From positions 1 to 48,978 of the forward strand of contig CAUZHS010000005.1 of NCBI GenBank assembly GCA_963579845.1: a stretch of 48,978 bases of DNA, read 5' to 3'. Shown piece after piece: positions 11,690-22,431 of the stretch (positions are counted from its first letter, which is position 1; each line of letters opens with the position of its first letter). This DNA comes from Dehalococcoidia bacterium. GTDB taxonomy: Bacteria > Chloroflexota > Dehalococcoidia > Lucifugimonadales > Australimonadaceae. Both the position numbers and the translations under genes were made by a program. The notes beneath the pieces are model-generated. The model saw nothing but the letters and a program-made list of their open reading frames with translations. It was not told the DNA's origin and did not search any database.

Positions 11690-11900
11690 CAGTCCAACTG
11701 GATGTGCCAGATCCCCGGCGCTTCGCTCATCGATTCCCAGGGGGCTTGCTGCTGTTGGTAGACCTCCCAGGTTGCGCCGGAGGCATCGGTGCCCTTGGAA
11801 GTCCGTTCCTCCAGGCGTTGGCGAAGGGTCTCTTTTGGCAGGACGTATTCGGTGATACATGCTCTGGTGCCAGTGTCTGTCAGAATTGTAGGCCCTTGGA
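11690..11900 (-). pseudogene. Start-less remnant of the C-terminal half of a predicted kinase (AAA_33/COG0645-like)
   Basis: Manual translation ..CITEYVLPKETLRQRLEERTSKGTDASGATWEVYQQQQAPWESMSE..WHIQLDC; no start codon, no P-loop; boundaries approximate; family recognised from memory. Confidence 0.55.
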
Positions 11901-11951
11901 CGCAGCAGCGCTTGGACCGGGGGTGTGTGTTCAGTCGATGCGGTCGTCAGC

Positions 11952-12308
11952 TTATGCTCCATACTCGGTGGGCAGGCTTTGTTCCATCCAGACCGGCATG
12001 CCATCTTCGATATTGAAGATTAAGGCGGACTCGTAGCCCAGCGCGGAAACCATCTCGCAGGCCAGGCCGCTCCGCACGCCCGCGGCGCAAATGAACAGCA
12101 GCTGCCTGCCTTTGGGCAGATTTTCCTCGGCCTGGGCTAACACGTCATCCACCGGAATGTGGACGGCGCCTACAGGGTGGCCAGTTTCCCACTCGTCGTC
12201 CCTTCGCACATCCACCACTAGCGCTCCTTGATTCTGGAGCTTCAGCGCCTCCGTAACGGAGATCCGGCGATAGGGCTCACCGGCTTCCTGTCTTCCATAT
12301 TCCGTCAT
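11952..12308 (-). CDS. Single-domain rhodanese-like sulfurtransferase
   Basis: VVDVRRDDEW..GH..GAVHIP; active-site loop CAAGVRS. Confidence 0.9.
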   Translation of the reverse strand: MTEYGRQEAGEPYRRISVTEALKLQNQGALVVDVRRDDEWETGHPVGAVHIPVDDVLAQAEENLPKGRQLLFICAAGVRSGLACEMVSALGYESALIFNIEDGMPVWMEQSLPTEYGA

Positions 12309-12338
12309 GATTTTCTCTCCTTTTGCTCGTTCTGTGGG

Positions 12339-13205
12339 TTAGATATACTTGCCAAGAATTGCCTGCAAGCGTTGTTTCACTTCAGGCTGTATGTAGTCAC
12401 GGGAGGTAATGACAGCCTTCTCCAGAGCGTGGGCGCAAACGCACTGCCGCTGGTAGTCCAACCGGGGCGCAAGGCTACGGAGCACGCGTTGGGAGCTCGT
12501 CATATTCTTGAGTAGGTTGGCCAGCACCATCTCCACGGATACCGGGTCCGCGCTTTCGTGCCAGACATCGTAGTCGGTGGCCGAGGCCAGTAGCGCGTAG
12601 CAGATTTCCGCCTCCCGGGCTAGCTTCGCTTCGGGAAGTGCCGTCATGCCGATGACACTGGCTCCCCAGCTCCGATAGAGGTGAGACTCCGCCTTGGTGG
12701 AGAAGGCGGGGCCCTCCATGACGACACATGTGCCGCCTTGGTGGATGGTGACCTCCTCGGTCCGCGCCGCGTTTGCTAGAAGGGCACTCAGGTCGGGACA
12801 AAAGGGGTCTCCGAAGGGAATATGGGCGGCGATGCCGTTTCCAAAGAAGGTGTTTTCACGCAATCGGGTCCGGTCGATGAGCTGGTCGGGGACCACCATG
12901 TCTAGCGGGCGCACCTCTTCGCGCAAACTGCCCACGGCGCTGACGGAGATGAGCCATTCAACGCCGAGCTGCTTCATGGCATAGATATTGGCGCGCACGG
13001 GAATCTCGGTAGGCATAATGCGGTGCCCCCTGCCGTGGCGGGGCAGGAAGGCCACCGGCATGCCTGTCAGCCGTCCAATGGTGACGACGTCAGAGGGACT
13101 CCCAAAGGGGGTATCAATAGTCAGCTCCTCTGCTGATTCAAATCCCTCCATCTGGTATAGGCCGCTGCCGCCAATAATTCCTATCCGTGCCGTTGGCTCA
13201 GTCAT
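12339..13205 (-). CDS. mtnP: S-methyl-5'-thioadenosine phosphorylase
   Basis: [36 protein letters not shown]; ATGA overlap with mtnA stop. Confidence 0.95.
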   Translation of the reverse strand: MTEPTARIGIIGGSGLYQMEGFESAEELTIDTPFGSPSDVVTIGRLTGMPVAFLPRHGRGHRIMPTEIPVRANIYAMKQLGVEWLISVSAVGSLREEVRPLDMVVPDQLIDRTRLRENTFFGNGIAAHIPFGDPFCPDLSALLANAARTEEVTIHQGGTCVVMEGPAFSTKAESHLYRSWGASVIGMTALPEAKLAREAEICYALLASATDYDVWHESADPVSVEMVLANLLKNMTSSQRVLRSLAPRLDYQRQCVCAHALEKAVITSRDYIQPEVKQRLQAILGKYI

Positions 13206-14260
13206 GCCACCACCTCCGGGCCGTGACGCCACGGTGCTGCGCCGAGATTTTCGGCAAGTGGCGGCTGGATGACGCCGTACTCCGTGATGATGGCACTTAT
13301 GTAGCTGTTGGGCGTAACGTCGAAGGCTGGGTTTCGCACACCGATGCCTTCGGCTGCTAGTGGATGACCCTGGAGGTGTGTCACCTCTTCCGGGGCCCGT
13401 TCCTCAATCTGCATGTCGTCCCCCGAAGCGGTTGAAAAGTCGATGGTGCTCGATGGAGCAGCCACGTAGAATGGCACGCCATGCTCCTTGGCCAGCACCG
13501 CCAGGGTGTATGTTCCGATCTTATTCGCGGAGTCGCCGTTGGAGGCGATTCGGTCGGCGCCAACCACCACGGCATCGACCTCGCCCTGCCGCATGAGCGT
13601 CCCGGCGGCGGAATCGACGATGAGGCTGGCCGGAATGCCCAGCTCCACTAACTCCCAACTAGTCAACCGCGCGCCCTGAAGCCACGGACGCGTCTCGGTG
13701 CAGAAGACGTGAAAGCGCTTTCCCTGCGCCCATGCCGTTCGAATAACCCCCAGCGCGGTTCCCCAGCCGGAGGTGGCAAGGGCTCCCGTGTTGCAGTGGG
13801 TGAGCACTCCTCCCTCTGAAGGCAGCAATACGGCTCCAAAGGCGCCCATGGCCTGGTTCGCGGCGAGATCGGCTTCCCGGATGGCGTGGGCCTCTTCCAG
13901 GAGCTGCTCGCGCGCCTCCCCGGGTGTTGAGCAGCCCTCGGCAGTGGCGATGCATCGATCCACGGCCCAGGAGAGGTTAACTGCCGTCGGCCTTGCGGCG
14001 GCAATCTCGGTACCCATCGATCTGAGCACGGCCATAAATTCGTTGAAGCTGGCAACTTGTGCCTCACGGCTGGCTAGGGCCATAGCGTAGGCCGCCGTAA
14101 CGCCGATGGCCGGCGCGCCGCGCACGCTCATCTGACGGATGGCCTCGATGGCACCGCTGTAGTTCTGGACGTTGAGCCACTCCTGACGCTGTGGCAATAG
14201 CCGTTGGTCAAGCAGTACGAGATGGTCCTCGTGCCAGAGTATGGGTTGGATTTCCGGCAT
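13202..14260 (-). CDS. mtnA: Methylthioribose-1-phosphate isomerase
   Basis: [48 protein letters not shown]; start ATG 14260. Confidence 0.96.
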   Translation of the reverse strand: MPEIQPILWHEDHLVLLDQRLLPQRQEWLNVQNYSGAIEAIRQMSVRGAPAIGVTAAYAMALASREAQVASFNEFMAVLRSMGTEIAAARPTAVNLSWAVDRCIATAEGCSTPGEAREQLLEEAHAIREADLAANQAMGAFGAVLLPSEGGVLTHCNTGALATSGWGTALGVIRTAWAQGKRFHVFCTETRPWLQGARLTSWELVELGIPASLIVDSAAGTLMRQGEVDAVVVGADRIASNGDSANKIGTYTLAVLAKEHGVPFYVAAPSSTIDFSTASGDDMQIEERAPEEVTHLQGHPLAAEGIGVRNPAFDVTPNSYISAIITEYGVIQPPLAENLGAAPWRHGPEVVA

Positions 14261-14315
14261 GGCCGACCTGTCTACTCTTCGGAGGTAGGGGATATGCATG
14301 AAATAAAACTTGAAA

Positions 14316-14345
14316 TAAAAAGACTTCTCACAGATGAGAGAAGTC
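14316..14345 (-). terminator. Intrinsic terminator, expression platform of the SAM-I riboswitch
   Basis: Minus strand GACTTCTC-loop-GAGAAGTC followed by TTTTTATTT. Confidence 0.8.
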
Positions 14346-14356
14346 ACCCAAGACTC

Positions 14357-14491
14357 CCTCTCATCTTACAGTTTGAGGTAGCTCAAGCTGCCGGAATTGG
14401 CACCGATGTCGTGATGGGTTGGTATGCAAGCCCACACGCAACCGCTTGCCGGGCTTCTCAGGGCCGGTCCCTCAGCCACTCTGGATAAGAA
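14357..14491 (-). ncRNA. SAM-I (S-box) riboswitch
   Basis: Minus strand CTTATCCAGAGTGGCTGAGGGACCGGCCCTGAGAAGCCCGGCAA...GGTGCCAATTCC...AAGATGAGAG; upstream of mtnA. Confidence 0.93.
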
Positions 14492-14520
14492 GGGCTATTC
14501 GATTGTATCTGTACGAAGGA

Positions 14521-14549
14521 ATCCTACTAACGCGCCTCTGGGGTGTCAA
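14521..14549 (-). promoter_or_regulatory. sigma70 promoter of the SAM-I leader
   Basis: TTGACA-17 nt-TAGGAT on minus strand, about 30 nt before the aptamer. Confidence 0.75.
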
Positions 14550-14594
14550 GAGAGGCATGCCCTCGTCTCTGCCCGTGCCCATGTCACGTGACCG

Positions 14595-15476
14595 TCACTG
14601 ACCTATGGGGGAGTTTAGGTCAATGCCACAGGAGAAGATGGCCTGCATTTCCGCAGTGGTCGTGAGGCGTGAGCCGGAGGTGATCGCCTGCATGGCTTCC
14701 GGGCCAAGGGCGTCTGCAACACACATAATCTGCTTTGCTTCTAGCCCCAACGGAAGGTCAAAGTCGATACCGAGATCTCCCTCGGTGAAGGTGCCGCACT
14801 CCACCAGCGCGGTGAGTAGAGACTCAGGAAACTCAAGGTTGTCCGGACCGGAAACCAGCGCCTCCAGCTCCTTCAGGTCTACATGCTCAGCCAGGCACCG
14901 GACATCGGCCAGCGTGAGGACATCACCTTGGTCGCTGTCGAGAAGGTCCCTGAGGCTGATGCGTTCCGCCTCCTCTTCTGTCAGGCAGAGCAGCATCCCA
15001 GTGAGCCCGCCCAGCGCCGACTGTCCTCCGGTAGTGCCGCGGGAGAGCACCGTCTGGAGGTCAACGCTGCCCAGCGTGTTCCGGATGCAGGTGATGGTGC
15101 CATCGCTCAAGACACCAGCTTCGCTGACCAGTTCGCCAATGAACAAGCGAACGACCGAGTCGTTGCTGAAGCAGTCAATGACCTCTTCCGCGTTGAGAAA
15201 ACTGAGGACGTCGCCATAAATTCCTGCCACTAGGAGCTGTTCAAACTCGTTCGTATCCAGGGCTTCTTCCAAGCAGGTTTGCTCCGAAGCAGGCAGCTGG
15301 GAAAAGATATCACCTCCCGTGGAATCCGCAGTAACGCTGATGGGAGGGAGCACGGTGGGTGTCGAGGTTGGCGTGGGGTCCTCGTCGTTGCAGGCCGCAA
15401 CCAGGGCCAGGAGTAGCAGGCTGAAGGCTCCGGCCCTGAGCAGGGCGAGTTTTTTTCTTCCGTGAGTTGCTTGCAT
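14595..15476 (-). CDS. Hypothetical lipoprotein with repeated Cys-containing helical units
   Basis: Basic N-terminus, hydrophobic core, lipobox LVAAC, PT linker, 8 further regularly spaced Cys; start could be 15494. Confidence 0.8.
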   Translation of the reverse strand: MQATHGRKKLALLRAGAFSLLLLALVAACNDEDPTPTSTPTVLPPISVTADSTGGDIFSQLPASEQTCLEEALDTNEFEQLLVAGIYGDVLSFLNAEEVIDCFSNDSVVRLFIGELVSEAGVLSDGTITCIRNTLGSVDLQTVLSRGTTGGQSALGGLTGMLLCLTEEEAERISLRDLLDSDQGDVLTLADVRCLAEHVDLKELEALVSGPDNLEFPESLLTALVECGTFTEGDLGIDFDLPLGLEAKQIMCVADALGPEAMQAITSGSRLTTTAEMQAIFSCGIDLNSPIGQ

Positions 15477-15603
15477 GGGTTCCCTGAGCGTCACTATGGG
15501 TAAGGCCGTAGGCTGGGAAGTATCAAATACCGCCGCTTAATAATCAACCCACGATGGCACACTATGCGTCCCCCGGCGGAGCGGAGTCCGGTAGAATGGT
15601 GTT

Positions 15604-16782
15604 ATGGAGTTACGATCCCTGCAGATTGCCAACTTCCGCAACATCACCGAGATGGAACTGGTGTTGCCCGCAGGGTTGGTGGTGATTGCCGGCGAGAATG
15701 CCCAGGGAAAGAGCAACCTGCTGGAGGCGGTCTATCTGCTCGCCCTCTCCAAGTCCTATCGGGCTTCGACGGACCGCGAGTTGGTGTCGTGGGCCACGGT
15801 TGAGTCGGGTGGCTACGCGATGGTCAGCGGCATGGTGACTCGCCGTCGCGGAGAGGTAGAGATTAGGGTGGGGCTGGAATGTTTGGTGGGCCAGGGCGTC
15901 GACGCCAAGGTGAGGAAGCGGGTGCGTATCAACGGCGTGGGCAGGCGGGCCTCAGACCTACTGGGACTTCTCAACGCGGTCTTTTTCTCTGCTGACGACG
16001 TGGAGCTGGTCTTTGGTTCGCCGTCGGTGCGGCGGAGGTACCTGGATGTCATGCTGGCCCAGGTGAGCCGGGCCTATGTCCGGGCGCTTCAGCGGTATCA
16101 AAAGGTGCTGCTCCAGCGGAACTACCTGCTTCGGAACATTCGCGATGGACGCGCGAAGGAGGCGGAATTGGGATATTGGGATGAATCCCTGTGCCAGGAG
16201 GGGGGGACGGTGTTGGAAATCCGTTACCAGGCCATGGAACGGCTGATGGGCCTTGTCCAGGAGAACTTCAAGCGGCTGGTAGGCGGTGGCCCAGAGATTG
16301 ATGTCGAGTACGTCGCCACAGCGCCTGCCGGTCAGGGAGAGGACGGGCATCGGTTTCAACAGGCGCTTATGAAGGCGCTCCAACGCTCCAAGCGTCAGGA
16401 GCAGATGCTGGCACAAACCGTGGTGGGCCCACACCGGGATGACCTGCGGTTGGTGCTCGACGGTGTGGAGATGGCGCGTCACGCCTCTCGCGGCCAAGCC
16501 CGGCTGGCAGCCCTCGCCCTGCGTCTGGCAGAAGGCGCCTACCTCAGCGAACGCAGTGGCGACCCTCCAGTCTTACTGCTCGACGATGTGCTCTCGGAGT
16601 TGGACGAACGTAGGCGCTCTCTGGTGCTGGAGGCGGTGGAGGCATACCCCCAGGTGCTGGTGACCACGGCGGACGAGAAGGATGTGTCGGAAGCCCATCT
16701 CGATGGCGCACACCGTCTGCGTATGGTCGAAGGTCGGATTGGGGTTGCGGTTGATGATGTGGCCTTCGCGAGCGGGGCTTAG
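15604..16782 (+). CDS. recF: DNA replication/repair protein RecF
   Basis: NFRN, GENAQGKSNLLEA, GPHRDDL, SRGQ, LLLDDVLSELD. Confidence 0.97.
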   Translation: MELRSLQIANFRNITEMELVLPAGLVVIAGENAQGKSNLLEAVYLLALSKSYRASTDRELVSWATVESGGYAMVSGMVTRRRGEVEIRVGLECLVGQGVDAKVRKRVRINGVGRRASDLLGLLNAVFFSADDVELVFGSPSVRRRYLDVMLAQVSRAYVRALQRYQKVLLQRNYLLRNIRDGRAKEAELGYWDESLCQEGGTVLEIRYQAMERLMGLVQENFKRLVGGGPEIDVEYVATAPAGQGEDGHRFQQALMKALQRSKRQEQMLAQTVVGPHRDDLRLVLDGVEMARHASRGQARLAALALRLAEGAYLSERSGDPPVLLLDDVLSELDERRRSLVLEAVEAYPQVLVTTADEKDVSEAHLDGAHRLRMVEGRIGVAVDDVAFASGA

Positions 16783-16788
16783 TAGGGC

Positions 16789-17700
16789 ATGGTAACCCCT
16801 GCCATCAGCCTTCACGGAGTTACCAAGTCTTACGGTTCTATCCAGGCCCTTGCTGGAGTGGACTTAGTCGTTCAGCCGGGTGAGATATTTGGATTCCTGG
16901 GGCCCAACGGCGCAGGGAAGACCACCACCATTCGGATTCTCACAGGGTTCATTCGCGTTGGGGGTGGTTCCGCCAATGTATTTGGTCTGGACACCTGGTG
17001 TGATGCGGTGGCATTGAAGCGGAGGATGGGTTTCCTTCCTGACTCAGCCGCCCTGTACGGTGGGCTCACCGGGCGCGAATTCCTGGACTACGTCGGACGG
17101 CTGCACGGCAGGCGGCAGCCGCCCCTTCAGCGGCAGCTTCTGGACGGGTTGGAGCTCTCGGATTCGGCGTTGCAACGCAAGCTCAAGGGCTATTCCCAGG
17201 GGATGAAACAGAAAGTAATGCTGGTCCAAGCGATACAGCACGGACCGGACCTACTTATCTTGGATGAGCCCACCGATGCCTTTGACCCGCTGGTACGGCG
17301 GGCTTTTTTCGGCCTGATGCGGGAGCTAAATAGCCACGGAGCAACCATCTTCATGTCCTCCCATATTCTTCCCGACGTGCAGGAACTGTGCGATCGGGTA
17401 GCGATTATTCGCGATGGCAAGCTGGTGAGCATCGGGTCGGTGGAGGCGTTGAGCAAACGCTACAGACGACGGATGCAAGTGATCTTCCGAGAGCCGCCGC
17501 CCGATAGCCTTTCAGCGTCCGGCGTGGAGGTCGTGTCCAAGGAGGGGAGGAGCTGGGGGCTCTCCGTTTCCGGGGACATAAATCCGCTGCTTCGTGAGCT
17601 GAGCGGTTACGATCTCGACGACCTCGTCTTCGAGCGTACCAGCTTGGAGGAGATGTTCATGGGATATTACGAAACGGAGGAACTCGCCCAGCATGCGTAG
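16789..17700 (+). CDS. ABC-2 type exporter ATP-binding protein
   Basis: GPNGAGKTT, YSQGMKQK, LILDEPT, SSH. Confidence 0.93.
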   Translation: MVTPAISLHGVTKSYGSIQALAGVDLVVQPGEIFGFLGPNGAGKTTTIRILTGFIRVGGGSANVFGLDTWCDAVALKRRMGFLPDSAALYGGLTGREFLDYVGRLHGRRQPPLQRQLLDGLELSDSALQRKLKGYSQGMKQKVMLVQAIQHGPDLLILDEPTDAFDPLVRRAFFGLMRELNSHGATIFMSSHILPDVQELCDRVAIIRDGKLVSIGSVEALSKRYRRRMQVIFREPPPDSLSASGVEVVSKEGRSWGLSVSGDINPLLRELSGYDLDDLVFERTSLEEMFMGYYETEELAQHA

Positions 17701-18499
17701 TCTTTTTACGCAGTCGCTCGGGGGATACGGCTTCGGCACTGCGCTCACCACCATTGGGCTCTTTGGAGTGAGCCTGCTGCTGGTTTACACCTTCGATGCC
17801 TTCGGGGGACTGGAATCGGCACGGGAGTTTGAAGAGTTGATCCCGGAGAGTATGAAGGCGTTGCTCAAGACCCAGGGAGGGTTTGCCACCGACGCGAACG
17901 GATATTTGGCCTCCGGCTACCGCCATCCCATCTATCTGATCGCGGTCTCCGCCTTTGTGATTGCGGTCTCCAGTGGAGTCGTGGCCAAGGAAATAGAACG
18001 GGGCACCATCTTGGTCCTGCTGTCGGCGCCCATCGCCCGCTGGAAGCTGCTCACCTCGAAGACCCTAGCCATTGTGGTGAGCCTGCTCGTTCTGATGGTC
18101 GGTGCATGGCTCGGCACCTGGGTGGGGCTGATGGTTACGGGCCTTACCGGCGAGGTCAGCCTTGGTCTCTTTGTGCGCGTCCTGTTCAATATCATGGCGC
18201 TGGGATTGGCGATGGGCGGTTATACGCTGTTCATTTCAGCGTTGGATAATGAGGGCGGCCACGTTGCTGCCGTCGCCGCGGGTATCACCATCGCCCTGTT
18301 CTTCCTGGACTTTCTGGCGACGCTCTGGATCCCCGTCGCTCCTTTTGGCCCGTTGAGCGTTTTTCATTACTATGACCCGTTGGCTATAGCCCAGCAGGGT
18401 GGAATCCCCTGGCGAGACGTGGGTGTGTTGCTGGGGGTTGCGGGAGTGAGCTTTCTGGCCGCGCTGGTGGTCTTTCAACGTCGGGACATCGCCCGCTGA
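17693..18499 (+). CDS. ABC-2 type exporter permease
   Basis: About 6 TM segments, EIERGT..LLSAPIAR, C-terminal FQRRDI; overlaps the ATPase. Confidence 0.9.
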   Translation: MRSLFTQSLGGYGFGTALTTIGLFGVSLLLVYTFDAFGGLESAREFEELIPESMKALLKTQGGFATDANGYLASGYRHPIYLIAVSAFVIAVSSGVVAKEIERGTILVLLSAPIARWKLLTSKTLAIVVSLLVLMVGAWLGTWVGLMVTGLTGEVSLGLFVRVLFNIMALGLAMGGYTLFISALDNEGGHVAAVAAGITIALFFLDFLATLWIPVAPFGPLSVFHYYDPLAIAQQGGIPWRDVGVLLGVAGVSFLAALVVFQRRDIAR

Positions 18500-18500
18500 G

Positions 18501-18670
18501 CTAGCCTTATGAAATAGGGGGGTGTGCACACAGGGGCGAAACCTCTGTGGCGGGGGCCTGAGGGTGTCCTGCAGATAAAATCTCTCCCTTTTTTGGCCCA
18601 GGCGGAGTCCTGAACCCGTCGAAGGAAACGTGGGCTAGGGGGATGGACGAGAGTTTTCTCGCCAGACCTG

Positions 18671-18674
<4 letters not shown>
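18501..18674 (+). repeat. Dispersed intergenic repeat (MITE-like), copy A
   Basis: CTAG at both ends; shares blocks (CTGAG..GTCC..CAG, GTCCTGA.CCC..GTC.AAGG, GGGGGATGG) with copies at 25.3 and 32.8 kb. Confidence 0.65.
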
Positions 18675-20134
<1,460 letters not shown>

Positions 20135-20144
20135 GGTCGGGGCA

Positions 20145-20459
20145 TCACTCCTCAATCACCGCCCGCACGCGGATGTAGTCGCCTTCTCGCTTAGGCGTGT
20201 TGCCCAGGACCTCCTCCACGGGCATGACTGGCCCGGGAACATCGGCGCGCATCACCGAGTCCACCTCCACGGCGTGTCCGGTGGGCTGCACCTCGGTCGT
20301 ATCCGTGGCCTGGATCACGCGAACCTCGTTGAGCAACGTGGTCAGCTCTCGGCGCATCCGGTCCGCCTCGTCAGCGGTAAGGCCGATGCGGCACAGCGCA
20401 GCGATGTGCCTGACCTCATCTGTGCTGAGTTCTTCCGTGTGTTGTTGAGGGCTGGTCAT
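20145..20459 (-). CDS. gatC: Asp/Glu-tRNA amidotransferase subunit C
   Basis: EVRHIAALCRI, ..REGDYIRVRAV; adjacent to gatA. Confidence 0.92.
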   Translation of the reverse strand: MTSPQQHTEELSTDEVRHIAALCRIGLTADEADRMRRELTTLLNEVRVIQATDTTEVQPTGHAVEVDSVMRADVPGPVMPVEEVLGNTPKREGDYIRVRAVIEE

Positions 20460-20651
20460 GGCTGGCTTCGTGACCTCGTGGAAATAGGCTGCAGCATGGC
20501 GGTGGACTGCATCTTAGGGCGACACTGCCCTAATGTACAGTCCCATGATAAGGGGAGGGGATATTTCGGAAAAGTTAAAGAAAAATATATATATGTCTAC
20601 CTATAGGATAGCGGTAAGCACATGTCTGTGCTAATTTCCACTGCTAAGTGC

Positions 20652-20680
20652 TTTACAATACGCAAAGATATTCCTACTAT
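20652..20680 (+). promoter_or_regulatory. Putative sigma70 promoter in AT-rich gap
   Basis: TTTACA-17 nt-TACTAT, 45 nt before ATG 20726. Confidence 0.55.
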
Positions 20681-20725
20681 TTCAGATAGTTCAAATCTAA
20701 GAAATTACCTAAAGGTGACACACCC

Positions 20726-21067
20726 ATGAAAATTTCTCAAATCGCTGAGTACAGCATGCCCGCCACTGGCGGCTTGCCTCCCCTGCAGGCCATGATTTAC
20801 GAGGAGTTAGAGCGCCGTGGGGACGAGGTGTTTGAGTACCAAGGGGAGGAGCTGCTCCGGGTGTTCCCCCGTTTGAAGCGCTCGGCCTTGAACTGGTCCT
20901 TATGGTTGCTGTCCAAGGGAGGGCACATCGGGAAGGTTAAGGTCCGTGTCAACGGAAAGCTGACCACGCTCTACGGCAGCCATCCAGCTATCGTTACGCT
21001 GAAGGAAAAGCTCGGACAGGAAGACGTCCAGAAGCCTGAAGCTACGCCTGAGCGCCAGATTGCCTGA
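20726..21067 (+). CDS. Hypothetical protein, possible winged-helix fold
   Basis: 113-aa ORF with promoter and AAGGTG RBS; three-helix pattern followed by beta-hairpin-like KVKVRVNGKLTTLYG. Confidence 0.7.
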   Translation: MKISQIAEYSMPATGGLPPLQAMIYEELERRGDEVFEYQGEELLRVFPRLKRSALNWSLWLLSKGGHIGKVKVRVNGKLTTLYGSHPAIVTLKEKLGQEDVQKPEATPERQIA

Positions 21068-21383
21068 GCACCTGGCACTCAGGGCAGTCGCACAGCTTGC
21101 GTAGGAACTCAAAGGGATAGATGCCGGTGCTGTGCAGGTCGCTGAAGAGCAGGTTCACGGCGTAGCGGCCGACCTCAACGGAATCAGCCAGGTAAACCCC
21201 GACATCTACGTCCTCCACGCCCGTCACGCGCTCGTGGGTGAGCTCATCGACGCATTGGGCGCAGCCGCAGTTGCCCCTGAGATACCGGCTAGTCAGGAGC
21301 GTCCGGTGCCCGTCCTTCCACAGGACTTCCAGTCCTTGATCAGCCACCTGGAGTTGTTTGGGCTCGAACATGGGGTCAGCCAC
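21042..21383 (-). CDS. DUF971 / GBBH-N-like small metal-binding protein
   Basis: W.DGH, LRGNCGCAQC, VGRYAV..FSDLHSTGIY; GGAGG RBS before GTG 21383. Confidence 0.88.
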   Translation of the reverse strand: MADPMFEPKQLQVADQGLEVLWKDGHRTLLTSRYLRGNCGCAQCVDELTHERVTGVEDVDVGVYLADSVEVGRYAVNLLFSDLHSTGIYPFEFLRKLCDCPECQVLRQSGAQA

Positions 21384-21474
21384 GGAGATATCCTCCTTTA
21401 ACGTAAGTAACGCATTCATAAAACTAACGGATAGTGCGACGTCTCTTTCCAGTCTAACTGGCCCTCCCCACCCC

Positions 21475-22431
21475 CTACAACTCTACCTGCTGACCGAGGC
21501 CGCGCTCGATGGCCTTTCTGTACACGTGCATTCCGGCGGCCACGTCCTCCATCCCGATGCCCTGGGATTCGAACAGGGTGATGGCATCAGTGGAGGGCCT
21601 GCCGGGGATACGTTTCGCAGCCAGCTGGCCGAGCTCGGCCACCTGTTCCCATTGAAACGCCCGCTGCTCATAAGCCCAGATGAGGTCCCCCGCTTCGGTC
21701 TTCGCCTGAGGCAGGTCGTCCACCACGATAAGGGCGCTACGCTTTATTGCGGTCTCATCTAGTTCTCTGCGCATCCAGGAGTTACTCCCGGCGGCATTGA
21801 TGTGCGTGCCAGGCCGGATGGCCTCGCCCTTGAGCACCGGGTCGCGTGAGTTGGTGATGGTGGCCACGATATCCGCCTTGGCCACGGCTGCCTCCGCCGA
21901 TTCCACGGCCTCGATGGCGATACCGAGCGACGCGGCCATCTCCTGGGCGAAGGCGGCACGCCGCTCCGGAGTGGGGCTGTAGACCCATGCCTGGGTGATG
22001 GGCCGGACCGCACAGATGGCGGCCAGCTGGGTTCTGGCCTGCCTGCCGCTGCCAATCACACCGACGCTCTGGGCATCTTCGCGCGCCATGTACTTGGTGG
22101 CCACACCGCTGGCGGCGCCGGTGCGGATTGCGCCCAGAGCGTTGGCACTCAGCAGAGCGACAGGCCCCACCGGGTTGAGCCCGTATAGGAGAACCAGCAT
22201 ATTGGACCCGGAGCCGCGGCCTCCTGCGTAGGTCTTCAGCCCCGTAGCCCCTAAGGCCGTGGACATGCCCGCCATGACCTGGTGAGACCCGCCGCCGGGC
22301 AACGGAATGCGATAGCGGCTGGCGTTCACTGCACCACCAGCTCCGGCGTCCTGGAACAGGCGGTCCATAACCTCCACGCACTCCTTCATGGGAAGCAGCT
22401 CGCGCACGTTTTCCTCACTCAATAGCAGCAT
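21475..22431 (-). CDS. Ornithine cyclodeaminase / mu-crystallin family protein
   Basis: IRTGAASGVATKY, IGSGRQA, GTHINAAGS, FESQGIGMEDVA. Confidence 0.92.
   Translation of the reverse strand: MLLLSEENVRELLPMKECVEVMDRLFQDAGAGGAVNASRYRIPLPGGGSHQVMAGMSTALGATGLKTYAGGRGSGSNMLVLLYGLNPVGPVALLSANALGAIRTGAASGVATKYMAREDAQSVGVIGSGRQARTQLAAICAVRPITQAWVYSPTPERRAAFAQEMAASLGIAIEAVESAEAAVAKADIVATITNSRDPVLKGEAIRPGTHINAAGSNSWMRRELDETAIKRSALIVVDDLPQAKTEAGDLIWAYEQRAFQWEQVAELGQLAAKRIPGRPSTDAITLFESQGIGMEDVAAGMHVYRKAIERGLGQQVEL

Noticed and set aside
15604-16782. recF as a marker of the oriC region
   Set aside because: No dnaA, dnaN or gyrB nearby; a detached recF is not remarkable by itself.
20550-20725. AT-rich tract as replication origin, or its palindrome as CIRCE
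   Set aside because: No TTATCCACA DnaA-box cluster; palindrome half-sites resemble CIRCE but spacing is far too short.
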